Virus record (IMG/VR): IMGVR_UViG_3300045988_098886
DNA: 64,000 bases
Origin: a virus
Direction: 5' to 3' (one strand)
Below, in pieces: positions 38,654 through 48,066 of the stretch. Numbering within the stretch: position 1 is the first letter of the stretch; every line of letters begins with the position of its first letter. Position numbers and translations under genes: made by a program. Below the pieces are notes generated by a model that had not been told where the DNA came from, did not search any database, and was given only the letters and a program-made list of their open reading frames with translations.

Positions 38654-38943
38654 AATTCAATTAATTGTTCTGGTGTTATAAAATGAAAATCACTGTCCTC
38701 AAATGCAAGGTGTAATTTGTAGGTTTCAAAGCTTTTAATTGCTTCAATGTAGTCTTCTACAGTACAATCCTCATCGAATATTCCTGAAGACCATACATGT
38801 ATTTCTCCATTTGCTTTAAAGAAACTGACAAACTCTAAAGTATCAGTTTTTATAGCTAAACAGGAGTAACCAACAGGCTTAAGAAATTTATCCTTAGATA
38901 TTTCTCTATAGCCCATGAATAAGGCAGCTTTCTTAAGGTTCAT
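38650..38943 (-). CDS. hypothetical protein
   Basis: Start set at ATG 38943 (11-nt overlap) rather than 38973 (41-nt overlap). Confidence 0.45.
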   Translation of the reverse strand: MNLKKAALFMGYREISKDKFLKPVGYSCLAIKTDTLEFVSFFKANGEIHVWSSGIFDEDCTVEDYIEAIKSFETYKLHLAFEDSDFHFITPEQLIEL

Positions 38944-39139
38944 ATATACTCCATTCTTTAGACAAGACTGCATCAGTGTAGAACTTGGTCACCACATAGT
39001 TTACATGTGAATCCTTGATTCCACATATAATTTTTCCGTCTTCCATGAAGTACATTCTAGTCTTGCCTTCTATAGTTAAACAAACTGTAAGACCACTTTC
39101 CATAAAGGAGATAGCATCTCCAAATCCAAATTTTTCCAT
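38933..39139 (-). CDS. small DUF2829-like protein (Tad2-family-like; tentative)
   Basis: MEKFGFGDAISFMESGLTV ... AVLSKEWSIYE resembles the DUF2829 pattern (FGeAl.alk.Gk.v ... DW.i). From memory only. Confidence 0.3.
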   Translation of the reverse strand: MEKFGFGDAISFMESGLTVCLTIEGKTRMYFMEDGKIICGIKDSHVNYVVTKFYTDAVLSKEWSIYEP

Positions 39140-39143
39140 ATTT

Positions 39144-39365
39144 TTATCTTTCTTTTATTAGTTCTAAAAATTCATCCCAGTTCTCTGTGCTGTCGTACAT
39201 AGCTTCAACAACATCGCTAGTAAAACGGCTCATTAACCGAAGTGTTTGTTCGAATACGTCTTTAAACATATCGTCCTGTTCATCCTTACTAAGCGTCTTG
39301 CCAGTCATTCCGACCAGCAATTCGCCTACTTTGGATGCAATGTCTATTTGTTTTTTATAACTCAT
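39144..39365 (-). CDS. hypothetical protein
   Basis: The track start 39404 is TTG. ATG 39365 gives an 11-nt overlap with the upstream stop. Confidence 0.45.
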   Translation of the reverse strand: MSYKKQIDIASKVGELLVGMTGKTLSKDEQDDMFKDVFEQTLRLMSRFTSDVVEAMYDSTENWDEFLELIKER

Positions 39366-39657
39366 AGCTTCGTGTGGCTCTATACTCACACATAAAATTT
39401 GCAAAAGATTGTGCTAAAGATTCATCTTGTTCATTGCAGTAGTAAAATTGAAAACAATGAAATAACTCATGCCAAAATGTATTTTCAATTTGACCTTCTG
39501 TTAATTTCACATCTTCTCCGTCCTCTTCCATAGTTGTAGCTACAACTATTTTCCTCTTTACATCACTATGCCAACCATAGCTTCCATCATCAGTTTTATC
39601 AACGGTATCTACTGTATAATCAGTATTGGCTACTTTAAACCTTTTAGGGATTTCCAT
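39355..39657 (-). CDS. small HExxH-motif protein (possible minimal metallopeptidase)
   Basis: FWHELFHCFQF contains HELFH; 100 aa. Confidence 0.4.
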   Translation of the reverse strand: MEIPKRFKVANTDYTVDTVDKTDDGSYGWHSDVKRKIVVATTMEEDGEDVKLTEGQIENTFWHELFHCFQFYYCNEQDESLAQSFANFMCEYRATRSYEL

Positions 39658-39869
39658 TCTTCAAAGAAACTAGCCATATCAAGTTCTGCTTCTGATTCAT
39701 CTATTTGAACATCTCCTGTGTCGGTTTCGGAATATACTATATCATATATAGCATCCGTAAGCTCTTCTTCATTTTCACAGTGTAAAAAGTCAGCAGGGTC
39801 TAGCTCAAAACCAACACACATAGACGCTCTATAAATGTACCTATTAAAGATTATTTCATGTTTGCTCAT
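39630..39869 (-). CDS. hypothetical protein
   Basis: The track start 39890 is TTG; the first ATG is 39869 (MSKHEIIF). Confidence 0.45.
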   Translation of the reverse strand: MSKHEIIFNRYIYRASMCVGFELDPADFLHCENEEELTDAIYDIVYSETDTGDVQIDESEAELDMASFFEEWKSLKGLK

Positions 39870-40071
39870 GCTTTTAGAATTTATAGTCAATGCAAGTTAT
39901 TTCATATCTATTACCTGCAAAATGGTATATCCCATCCTCTTTCAAAAATCTGCCAAAATTTTCATCCACAGCTTCTTGAAATGTTTTAGGGAAACTTAAG
40001 TACCAATAATTGCCAGTGGGGCTGGGGCATTTTGAACTAAGTTTATAATTGTTTGTAGAATAATTTCACTA

Positions 40072-41262
40072 TTAGTCATAATCTCTAATACATTTTAGTA
40101 CTGGCTGCAGTGGAGTTCCTTCTTCTGAATAATAGAAGAACTTAACAGTAGCCATCTTTCCGATAATATCATCGAGATTGTCTCTATATTCCTGCTTTAA
40201 TTCTCTACTTCCCATTGGCTTAGCCTTAAATTCTATCCCATCTTCAGTTACACAGGTGAAACACATATCTTCATCACGAAGACCTTCTGAAATACCAGTG
40301 ATTTCAAATTCCGCATCCTGATATTCCTTGATTTTAATCATGTCATTAGTTCGTTTACCAAAGCCATATAGCTTACTCGGATTACGAATAACAACACCTT
40401 CAAAACCTTCACCTACATACTTATCATGTAACTTTTTAATATTTGCCCAACCACTAACTTCTTCTTGAGGAACAAGTCTTATTTGTAAATCCTTAGTAAG
40501 AATAGGGGCAAATAAATCAGAAGTAATATTTAACTCTTCTGCCATTTCAAGCATTTGCTCATTTCTTTGAGTGAAATCAGCTTCTGCATCCATAATGTCA
40601 TACATCCAAAACTCTAATTCTAGAGTTCTAGGGTCGTCTTGCTCCAATCTTGCAGTACCAGAAATCCATTGAAGTGGTCTACCATGAGAATATAGTTCTC
40701 CGTCAATAGATACATCTGGATGATTCTTAAACCATTCGATTAAAGCTGGATTATTTCTTATGTGTACAGTAGCTGGGTCATAGTCTCCTCCACCTCTACT
40801 TGAAGAATGAACTTCACCATCTTTAAAATAGAAGGAACAGCGGACTCCATCAATCTTACGAGATGCTAGCCACACTTTGACCTTATCATATACACTTGTT
40901 GCAACTTTATTAAAGTCTTTAGCAAGCATATGTTTTTTACAACCATTAGCATCGGTCTTATGCTCTGGAAGAATTTCATCAAGTTGGGCTTTAGTATAAT
41001 CTTCGATTTCTCCCTCAATTAACTTATAGCCTTTATCTTGATATTTTTTCAGGTGGGAATTATATTCGAGTTCTGCCTGTTGTGTGACAGTTCTCTTTAC
41101 CTTACCTTTAGTAATAGTTATATCTGGCTGTGCTGTAACCTTACCTTGATATTGGTAAGTATTTCTTTTAATTGTAAAGCCAGAGAGTTCACTTCCTTCA
41201 CAGGAAATTTCAACTACTCTGATTTTACCCTTTGAGTCTTTAGAAATTAAAGTATTCCTCAT
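40072..41262 (-). CDS. lig: ATP-dependent DNA ligase
   Basis: Motif I SRKIDGVR (KxDG), motif IV EGVVIRNP, motif V MIKIKEY. The gene ends in three consecutive in-frame stops, TAA TAG TGA. Confidence 0.85.
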   Translation of the reverse strand: MRNTLISKDSKGKIRVVEISCEGSELSGFTIKRNTYQYQGKVTAQPDITITKGKVKRTVTQQAELEYNSHLKKYQDKGYKLIEGEIEDYTKAQLDEILPEHKTDANGCKKHMLAKDFNKVATSVYDKVKVWLASRKIDGVRCSFYFKDGEVHSSSRGGGDYDPATVHIRNNPALIEWFKNHPDVSIDGELYSHGRPLQWISGTARLEQDDPRTLELEFWMYDIMDAEADFTQRNEQMLEMAEELNITSDLFAPILTKDLQIRLVPQEEVSGWANIKKLHDKYVGEGFEGVVIRNPSKLYGFGKRTNDMIKIKEYQDAEFEITGISEGLRDEDMCFTCVTEDGIEFKAKPMGSRELKQEYRDNLDDIIGKMATVKFFYYSEEGTPLQPVLKCIRDYD

Positions 41263-41789
41263 TATTTCTCTCCAGTATGTCCAAATCCACCTTTACGGTC
41301 TGTTTCGTTTAATCTAGCTACTTCTTCCCATTCAGCCTTAGCTACCGTTGCAAATACTAATTGAGCAATACGTTCTCCATCCTCAATCCACACCGCTTCG
41401 TGACCTTGGTTAATGACTATTATACCAATTTCGTTTCTGTAGTCAGCATCAATTGTACCTGGAGTGTTAAGTATAGTAATTCCCTTCTTTAGAGCCAGTC
41501 CGCTTCTAGGTCTTACTTGGCACTCATAGATAAACTCACAGTCTTGGTCAGTAACTGGAAGAGCAATCTTTAATCCAGTCGGAATAAGTGCCCTAGCACC
41601 TGGGTCAAGACGAAGCATTGTAACCTTGTTAATATCGGATTTAAAAAGAATTTCACAATCCCCGAATGCTTTAATAGGATTATCAACTGTTACTCTACTA
41701 AAGTCTGCACGTACATCCATACCTGCTGACATAGGAGTTTCATACTGTGGAAGTTTATTGTTCGATAGATTAATTACTTGTACCTTCAT
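41262..41789 (-). CDS. dut: dUTP pyrophosphatase (trimeric dUTPase)
   Basis: [53 protein letters not shown]. Confidence 0.9.
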   Translation of the reverse strand: MKVQVINLSNNKLPQYETPMSAGMDVRADFSRVTVDNPIKAFGDCEILFKSDINKVTMLRLDPGARALIPTGLKIALPVTDQDCEFIYECQVRPRSGLALKKGITILNTPGTIDADYRNEIGIIVINQGHEAVWIEDGERIAQLVFATVAKAEWEEVARLNETDRKGGFGHTGEK

Positions 41790-42042
41790 TTAAATAATTT
41801 ATTAGGGAGTTTAATACGTCTTTATCTGCTTCTGAATAGAAAGCCTTAATTAGTTCATCTCCTTCATAAACAGCAACAAACGGAGTCATTCTGGCTCCGC
41901 ATGATGCTTTTATTTTATATGCTTGCTTTTTTTCTTTATAGCTGCCTTCATCAAACAACTCTAAAAAGATTCCAGATAAATTTGCATCTAGTATCCTCTT
42001 TGAATCAGAAGGATTACTATAAACAAACTTTACTGTTACCAT
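41770..42042 (-). CDS. hypothetical protein (possibly a thioredoxin-fold relative lacking CxxC)
   Basis: 90-aa [20 protein letters not shown] is reminiscent of the glutaredoxin-like C-terminal region, but no CxxC is present. Confidence 0.45.
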   Translation of the reverse strand: MVTVKFVYSNPSDSKRILDANLSGIFLELFDEGSYKEKKQAYKIKASCGARMTPFVAVYEGDELIKAFYSEADKDVLNSLINYLNEGTSN

Positions 42043-42497
42043 GCAATTGTTATGTAAAGATACTTAGTAGTGTAAGGACCTGTCTCACATGAGAACTCAA
42101 TTATGTCACTATCATCGAATAAATCATAGATACTTCCATATCTGTCTTCCCCTAGTGTAGTCCAATCAACATAATCCCTTAAATCTTCTGGAATTCTATG
42201 TCTCTCATCCATTATGTAGTCTTGTCTAGCGTCATAGAGCATATCATCAATATCATCGTCATTATATACTCTATATGTCTCTTCGGTACCATCTTCTTTC
42301 TCAAAAGTAATTTCTCCATCATCCCACTCATCAACTGTGATTTTTTCAAGGATATTCTGAATTTCTTCTTCTGGAGTGTCTTCATCAAAATAAGCTTTAT
42401 ACAGGTCTAGGACGGCTACAACTTTCCAAGGGTTATCATATTCTTTATCTTCTAAGTAAGTAGCCATAAAATTGAGTTTCTCTTCTCTTTCAGTCAT
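42036..42497 (-). CDS. highly acidic hypothetical protein
   Basis: D/E runs such as DEDTPEEE, DEWDDGE, NDDDIDD, DLFDDSD. Confidence 0.5.
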   Translation of the reverse strand: MTEREEKLNFMATYLEDKEYDNPWKVVAVLDLYKAYFDEDTPEEEIQNILEKITVDEWDDGEITFEKEDGTEETYRVYNDDDIDDMLYDARQDYIMDERHRIPEDLRDYVDWTTLGEDRYGSIYDLFDDSDIIEFSCETGPYTTKYLYITIAW

Positions 42498-42509
42498 TTT
42501 AGTAAATTT

Positions 42510-43919
42510 TTATTGTAATAAATGAACATCTTTTCTTGTCCGAGACAATGCTACATACTGCAATTGTCTTCTTTCATCTTCATCTTTACAAAGGTTGATA
42601 TTCTTCATATCAACGAAAACCTCTCCATAAGAACTTCCTTGAGACTTATGTGTAGAGCAGGCATAGCCATAATCAAAGGACTTCTTTCTAATTAACCTAT
42701 TTTCATAGAACATATCTACTGGAGTTGTGAAACTTCCAATGACATTGTAGTATTCCTTCCAAGCAGTTCTAGATTGCTGAAGTCTACCATTCTCCTTTAG
42801 GTTAATAGCTTGTAATCGCAGTCCTTCAATACGTGATGCTAGAGCTTGCATATAATCAGAATCAATATCTCTTGAAATCATAGATATTGGAGTTCTGTCA
42901 TCTGTATTAGAATCATACAGTGTAAGCTCATATCCTGGGACTTTCATAAACCCAGGAATATAAATATCACGCTTTTCCGGCTCGTCTACTATAATATAAT
43001 CCATTGAGTTCCAGAACTTAATGCCATTAAATTCGAGATTCTCATATCCGGTTAAGAACTCAAACTGATGATATTCAACAGTTTTTGCATCTTCCCAGAT
43101 TACTCTTCTGATACAATTGTTATAGCTAGTAACCATAACATTCGTATATGACAATATTTTAGTTGCCAATATATCTCCATCTCTCATTGCTTTCTTGTAA
43201 GCTGGCACTGCTGCCTTTAGAAATGGAATAACATCAGAATGACAATATAGAGAACCCTCCTCTGATTCAACAGAGTGGAATCTATCAATGGTGTTACTTC
43301 TTAAAGTAGTTAATATGGGCATTAGTGCATTATTCTCTGCCTGCCTATAAATCTTAGTAAGAATATACCTATCCTCTAAGTTAAATACTTTAGAAGTAGT
43401 GAGTGAATTAACAGGACGTAATTGACATTTGTCTCCCACAAATATCACTTTACAATTAAATGCAACACACTTCTCTATTAACAAATCAAATAAATCATCA
43501 TTTATCATAGAAGATTCGTCACATATAACTACTCCACCTCTCGGTATCTGTATTCTCTTATCATTCACCCTGAACTTTAAATCCTTAAAGTCCAATTCAA
43601 GGATTTCAATATTTGGAGAAAGTTGCAATAACTGATGCAATGTTATAGCGTCTCTATTGGTAAATCTTGAAAGTACCAATTTGGCTTTGTGAGTTGGGGC
43701 ACATAAAGCATACTCCATTGTAAATTCAGAATCCATATACTCAATGAGAGTTCTCATTAAGAAACTTTTTCCTGTACCTGCTGCTCCAATTAATGAAAAT
43801 GCTCTTTTGTTTTTATCCTTTAAGAACTCTTTCATTGCATCTAATGCTTCTACTTGCTGTTCTCCCAGTTGAGGTTTTTCTGTTTCTACACCTATGTTTG
43901 ATAGTGTGAAGTTAAACAT
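42510..43919 (-). CDS. SF1 DNA helicase (Dda/RecD-like)
   Basis: Walker A GAAGTGKSF, Walker B VVICDESSM, then VGDKCQLRPV, TKIYRQ, ACSTHKSQGSSY, YVALSRTRKDVHL. The track start 43928 is TTG; ATG 43919 follows the upstream stop. Confidence 0.85.
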   Translation of the reverse strand: MFNFTLSNIGVETEKPQLGEQQVEALDAMKEFLKDKNKRAFSLIGAAGTGKSFLMRTLIEYMDSEFTMEYALCAPTHKAKLVLSRFTNRDAITLHQLLQLSPNIEILELDFKDLKFRVNDKRIQIPRGGVVICDESSMINDDLFDLLIEKCVAFNCKVIFVGDKCQLRPVNSLTTSKVFNLEDRYILTKIYRQAENNALMPILTTLRSNTIDRFHSVESEEGSLYCHSDVIPFLKAAVPAYKKAMRDGDILATKILSYTNVMVTSYNNCIRRVIWEDAKTVEYHQFEFLTGYENLEFNGIKFWNSMDYIIVDEPEKRDIYIPGFMKVPGYELTLYDSNTDDRTPISMISRDIDSDYMQALASRIEGLRLQAINLKENGRLQQSRTAWKEYYNVIGSFTTPVDMFYENRLIRKKSFDYGYACSTHKSQGSSYGEVFVDMKNINLCKDEDERRQLQYVALSRTRKDVHLLQ

Positions 43920-43920
43920 A

Positions 43921-44109
43921 CTATGCAAACATTAGCGTAAGTAATACTATCACTGTAATAACAGCCTTATATGGGTATCTATCCATTTCTTTATCAAGGT
44001 CACTATGCCGTTTGATGTAATCTCTTCCTACAGGATTGAGTGTAAATATAGAAGTTAATACTACATCTGCAATCCATATCCATGCAATAATTTGTGCTAT
44101 TAAAACCAT
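43921..44109 (-). CDS. small membrane protein
   Basis: Hydrophobic N-terminus MVLIAQIIAWIWIADVVLTSIF and C-terminus AVITVIVLLTLMF. Confidence 0.45.
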   Translation of the reverse strand: MVLIAQIIAWIWIADVVLTSIFTLNPVGRDYIKRHSDLDKEMDRYPYKAVITVIVLLTLMFA

Positions 44110-44111
44110 AA

Positions 44112-44142
44112 TAAATAAAAAAGAGCAACCTTATGGCTGCTC
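44112..44142 (-). terminator. intrinsic terminator at the end of the nrdD-nrdG unit
   Basis: Minus-strand RNA GAGCAGCC-AUAA-GGUUGCUC (one G-U pair) followed by UUUUUUAUUUAU. The nrdG stop codon sits in the loop. Confidence 0.55.
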
Positions 44143-44637
44143 CTTCCAAAATAAACGTGTAATATCTTCTAATACATAAAGACCTGCTTCCTCATAGGTT
44201 TTATTAACCTTATACATTTTTTGATTGGTATTAGGATTATCAAGTGGTCCACATTCTTCAATGTAAGGACCAAGCTTGATATAATCAAAGTTTTTTAAAC
44301 AAATATCTTGGGGTATTTCTTTTCTACCACTATACCAAGCTATCTTTACATCGGCCCAACTTCCAGGAGTATCATTCATACTGCGCATTATATCAGCTAA
44401 CCAATTAATGTATGCTGGCTCTGAATCCCCTCCCATGAATGCTACACAGGTAATTCCTTTATTATCAAGCATTAGTTCTACTAGAGAATCTTCGTCAAGA
44501 GGTTTTCCAATATCCTCTGCCAAGTAAGAGCTATGACAGCCCTTACAATGACATGGGCAATTGGATATATTTATACAGAGAGTGATTTCATCTGGAATCT
44601 CCCTTAAAGTTACTGCTGTGTCTGTGTATTTTATCAT
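44131..44637 (-). CDS. nrdG: anaerobic ribonucleotide reductase activating protein (radical SAM)
   Basis: Cys cluster NCPCHCKGCHS near the N-terminus; small size; two genes downstream of nrdD. Confidence 0.8.
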   Translation of the reverse strand: MIKYTDTAVTLREIPDEITLCINISNCPCHCKGCHSSYLAEDIGKPLDEDSLVELMLDNKGITCVAFMGGDSEPAYINWLADIMRSMNDTPGSWADVKIAWYSGRKEIPQDICLKNFDYIKLGPYIEECGPLDNPNTNQKMYKVNKTYEEAGLYVLEDITRLFWKEQP

Positions 44638-44640
44638 ACT

Positions 44641-45000
44641 TTAATCAGATTCGTGTAATACAAATACAATTGGCTTGCCATCTACTTCACATACTGATAA
44701 CACCTCTTCATTAGGGTCACAATCATTCATTTCTTTCAGCCATGTATCTAATGTACAAATAACAAAGCCAGACCAGCCATCTGGACCACCTAAGAACCAA
44801 CCCTTTTCTCTAATGATAGAGAAATCTCCATCAAAATCCTGTAGATTATTTCTAACCTTGTCCAACCAATCGTCCATGGATTTATCTCCATAGACTGAAC
44901 AACAGTAATATTTAGATGTATCGAAATGAGCTAAGATAATTTTCTTAGCCAATTCTACGTCGCACACCCAACCATTCTCTATACCTGTCATATTATTCAT
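44641..45000 (-). CDS. hypothetical protein
   Basis: 119-aa ORF between nrdD and nrdG with an 8-nt overlap with the nrdD end. Confidence 0.5.
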   Translation of the reverse strand: MNNMTGIENGWVCDVELAKKIILAHFDTSKYYCCSVYGDKSMDDWLDKVRNNLQDFDGDFSIIREKGWFLGGPDGWSGFVICTLDTWLKEMNDCDPNEEVLSVCEVDGKPIVFVLHESD

Positions 45001-47206
45001 TTACTGTATACCCTAGTTTAGATTCATCTACTGTATATGTAAGATGATTATATACTCTATGTGTTTGCTCCTCTTGTCTACCTGCTGACCAATTTCTTAT
45101 TTTAGTAAGATAACCTATGATTCTATCGTAAAGGTCAATGTGAGTACTTCCACACATTGGACATTTAGAAACAGGAACCTTAGTTATAAATCCGCAGTCT
45201 TGACATTCAGAATTAGGAACATTGAATGTTAAATAGCTACATCCAACAGTTGCAGCATAGTTGAGTAACAGACTTGCCTGATTCTTGGTAGGATGTTCAG
45301 ATAGATTGATGTGTGCGGCACTTCCTCCGTCTAACCAATCTCCTACATATTCACTACCATGTAGCTTGATTTTCTCAAGAATAGAACTATTTGATTCTGG
45401 TAGGAATACATAAGAAGTGTATAGATTTCTGTCTTTAGGAACCCAATATCCATCAGCTTTATCCCAGTTGTAGTTCTTTACAGCTAAAGATTCAGCAGGA
45501 ACTAGTTCAGTATTAAACATGGTTTTCTTAGTATTGTGAAGTTGATTTTGTTCCTTGATAGTTCCAAATATAAAGTTACAGAATTCCTTATATTCTTTGT
45601 TGTCACTACATTTTATCCCTAAGAACATTGCAGCTTCATTTAATCCATTTAGACCAATAGTTAAATACTGGTTATTTAGATTAATGAATCCGGCTTCATA
45701 AACAGGAAGTAAGTGCGCGTTATATAAATCCCAAAGTAATTCATTATAAGCTGTATGGTATTTATAGACCCTTTCAAGAATATCCTTTAAATACTCTCCA
45801 AGTTCCGGATAGCATGAAGGACTTAATTGAGTTCCGGGTATCGGACAATCATCCTTGTATTCTCGGATATAATTCTGAATAATTCTATTCAGGTTAAGAG
45901 TAATTACAGATTTAGAACCAGTTTGTTCTCCAACTAACCCATTGGTAAATGTAAATTCATTGGATTGTAATTTATTCTTTAGTCTACAACAGCTTGATAA
46001 AGAATCTACACTGTCACTTATATAAGTAAAGAATGAATGTCCTTCCGCATATTCTTCTGATATAAAGTCAGCCCATTCTTGGTCTTCGAATTTCCCATCT
46101 TTATAAAGAAGAGATACAGTTTCAACTGGGAATGTGAGCATACAACGAAGTCTCTCTGCATTAAACCATTTCATGAATTTCTTTTGCAGCCAATTTAAAG
46201 AATCCCATTTTGGAGTATCTCCATCCGGGAATACGAAATGTCCGTACATTCCTTCAAAATAAGGTTTATCAAAATAACTTACATTCCAGAAAGCTGATTG
46301 GAAACCCCTTGCTGCTGCTGGCTGATTTACAGAATATACAATTTGTTGAAAGTACTGCTCTATTTGCTTACCGATAGTACCTTCATCAATTTTATTTCCA
46401 TTTTCGTCTTCATGCCATCTATGTTTAGCATTATCACCGTCAGCATATTTGAAATAATGGTCACCCCATTTCTTACGAGCAAAGTGGTCAAACATTACTA
46501 AGAAACTGGCTGTTGCAACAGCTCCTGCGAATTGAGAAGATACAGCAAATATCATATTTACAAACATTCCACAAAATGAATCAAGGTTCTTTGGAGATGC
46601 AGATAGACCACCAATTCCCTTAATTCCGCCTTGTAGAAATGGATAACAAGATAAAGCTACACAATATGGGAATCCAAATGTAGAGTTCTCATCATGCTTG
46701 TAAAGAATATGATTCTTCAAGTCTCTTTCATATTGTTTCGAATCGAAATCTGGATAAAGAACTTGTAATTTTTCCTTTACTCTGTACCTATTAAGGTCTA
46801 TATTATTGCTTTTATACAATTCATTGTTAAGTACAGCAATGTTCTTATTCGCAACGTTTGAATTATCGTCAACTTCAGAACCTTCTGCTGCATTAGAAGC
46901 TCTCATAAATTCCTTTATAAATTCTTCTCTTTCTCTCACATTCTCACGAACACGAGCTCTATTTTCTCTATATAATATATAGGCTTTAGCAACATCGGGG
47001 AAGTCAAAGTCCATAAGAATTTCTTCTATTTGGTCTTGAATATCCTCAATAGCTATTTCATCCCATATCTCAATAGAATCTAAAATATCATTAACAGTAT
47101 CTTCTTGTGGTGTGTATCCGCAAGCAGTAAATGCTTTTAGGATTGCAATTTTGATTTTAGAAGCATTAAAAGCTTCGCTTGTTCCGTCTCTTTTTACTAC
47201 GTTCAT
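44993..47206 (-). CDS. nrdD: anaerobic (class III) ribonucleoside-triphosphate reductase
   Basis: N-terminal ATP-cone VVKRDGTSEAFNASKI, C-terminal Zn site CQDCGF..CPMCGS, and a glycyl-radical segment RIIGYLTKIRNWSAGRQEE. Confidence 0.9.
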   Translation of the reverse strand: MNVVKRDGTSEAFNASKIKIAILKAFTACGYTPQEDTVNDILDSIEIWDEIAIEDIQDQIEEILMDFDFPDVAKAYILYRENRARVRENVREREEFIKEFMRASNAAEGSEVDDNSNVANKNIAVLNNELYKSNNIDLNRYRVKEKLQVLYPDFDSKQYERDLKNHILYKHDENSTFGFPYCVALSCYPFLQGGIKGIGGLSASPKNLDSFCGMFVNMIFAVSSQFAGAVATASFLVMFDHFARKKWGDHYFKYADGDNAKHRWHEDENGNKIDEGTIGKQIEQYFQQIVYSVNQPAAARGFQSAFWNVSYFDKPYFEGMYGHFVFPDGDTPKWDSLNWLQKKFMKWFNAERLRCMLTFPVETVSLLYKDGKFEDQEWADFISEEYAEGHSFFTYISDSVDSLSSCCRLKNKLQSNEFTFTNGLVGEQTGSKSVITLNLNRIIQNYIREYKDDCPIPGTQLSPSCYPELGEYLKDILERVYKYHTAYNELLWDLYNAHLLPVYEAGFINLNNQYLTIGLNGLNEAAMFLGIKCSDNKEYKEFCNFIFGTIKEQNQLHNTKKTMFNTELVPAESLAVKNYNWDKADGYWVPKDRNLYTSYVFLPESNSSILEKIKLHGSEYVGDWLDGGSAAHINLSEHPTKNQASLLLNYAATVGCSYLTFNVPNSECQDCGFITKVPVSKCPMCGSTHIDLYDRIIGYLTKIRNWSAGRQEEQTHRVYNHLTYTVDESKLGYTVNE

Positions 47207-47243
47207 AAATATATAATTGTTTATATTGTGCCGAAATGCTTTA

Positions 47244-47274
47244 CAAAGATAATAAAAATTTTCGACACCTCAAA
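47244..47274 (-). promoter_or_regulatory. Bacteroides-type promoter upstream of nrdD (-33 TTTG, 19-nt spacer, -7 TATCTTTG)
   Basis: Read on the minus strand: TTTG (47274-47271), 19 nt, TATCTTTG (47251-47244). The -7 box ends 37 nt before the nrdD ATG. Confidence 0.6.
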
Positions 47275-47282
47275 ACAAATCA

Positions 47283-48059
47283 CTATACTGTTAAGATGTC
47301 TTTTAGTAGCAAAGTTTTCTCAACCTTGTTCATTATATCTTTTCCTCCATCATTACTAATTAATTGAGTAAATGCATTATATACAGTGAACATATTTACC
47401 GGCTGGTCTTCTGGAATGAAATATTCAGATTTCTTATCGAATAATAATTTATAAGCATCTATTGGAGTACTAGTTGCCAACTTTACTTTTCCATATCCAG
47501 AATCATATGCCATATTAATAGAGTTTCTCACCCACATTCCAAGATTTCTCTCGATTTGTTCATCAGTTCTTGCAAACTCTGTATTGTGTAATTTTTCCAA
47601 CCATACTTTCATATCATTAGTCTGTTCCATTAGAGTGGTTACAGGTCTATAATTGATAGCTTTTTCTGGTGATAATTCTTGAATACTCAAGAAAGAAGGA
47701 TTGAATACACAGAGATTTGTACAAGCTCTATTAAGTCCACCTCTATAAATCTTTACTATTGGCTTACGTACATCTAATCCATATATAAAACCAACTACTT
47801 CATCGTGATTATCAAATGAATACTCTTCTGGCATTACTGCCTGTATCCATACACGATTATAAGTAATATCTTCCATATCTATTCCTCCATCTTTGGTTTT
47901 AGTTATCTGGTCTGGCATCTTTACTTGGATTCTGAAATCATCAGTAAATTTAGACATTCTTTCCAAGAAAGGTGTTACGTAAGCTTCAGTTCTAAAATAC
48001 TCATTGTCTTTAATAACTGTAGCTTTACCTTTCAATAATTCAGGCAGCGTTATTTCCAT
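47283..48059 (-). CDS. hypothetical protein
   Basis: 258-aa ORF with an ATG start; no motif recognised. Confidence 0.6.
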   Translation of the reverse strand: MEITLPELLKGKATVIKDNEYFRTEAYVTPFLERMSKFTDDFRIQVKMPDQITKTKDGGIDMEDITYNRVWIQAVMPEEYSFDNHDEVVGFIYGLDVRKPIVKIYRGGLNRACTNLCVFNPSFLSIQELSPEKAINYRPVTTLMEQTNDMKVWLEKLHNTEFARTDEQIERNLGMWVRNSINMAYDSGYGKVKLATSTPIDAYKLLFDKKSEYFIPEDQPVNMFTVYNAFTQLISNDGGKDIMNKVEKTLLLKDILTV

Positions 48060-48066
48060 TTATTAT

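Noticed and set aside
31288-47206. Inteins or introns interrupting the DNA polymerase, NrdD or helicase genes, which are common in crAss-like phages.
   Set aside because: The catalytic motifs occur in the normal order and spacing within continuous ORFs of ordinary length (719, 737 and 469 aa), and no Hint-type blocks or split ORFs were seen.
47228-47268. Imperfect inverted repeat GTGCCGAAA ... TTTCGACAC flanking the nrdD -7 box, considered as a terminator or operator.
   Set aside because: It has one mismatch in 9 bp, a 23-nt loop and no U-tract after it on the minus strand. It may be regulatory, but the evidence is too weak to call.
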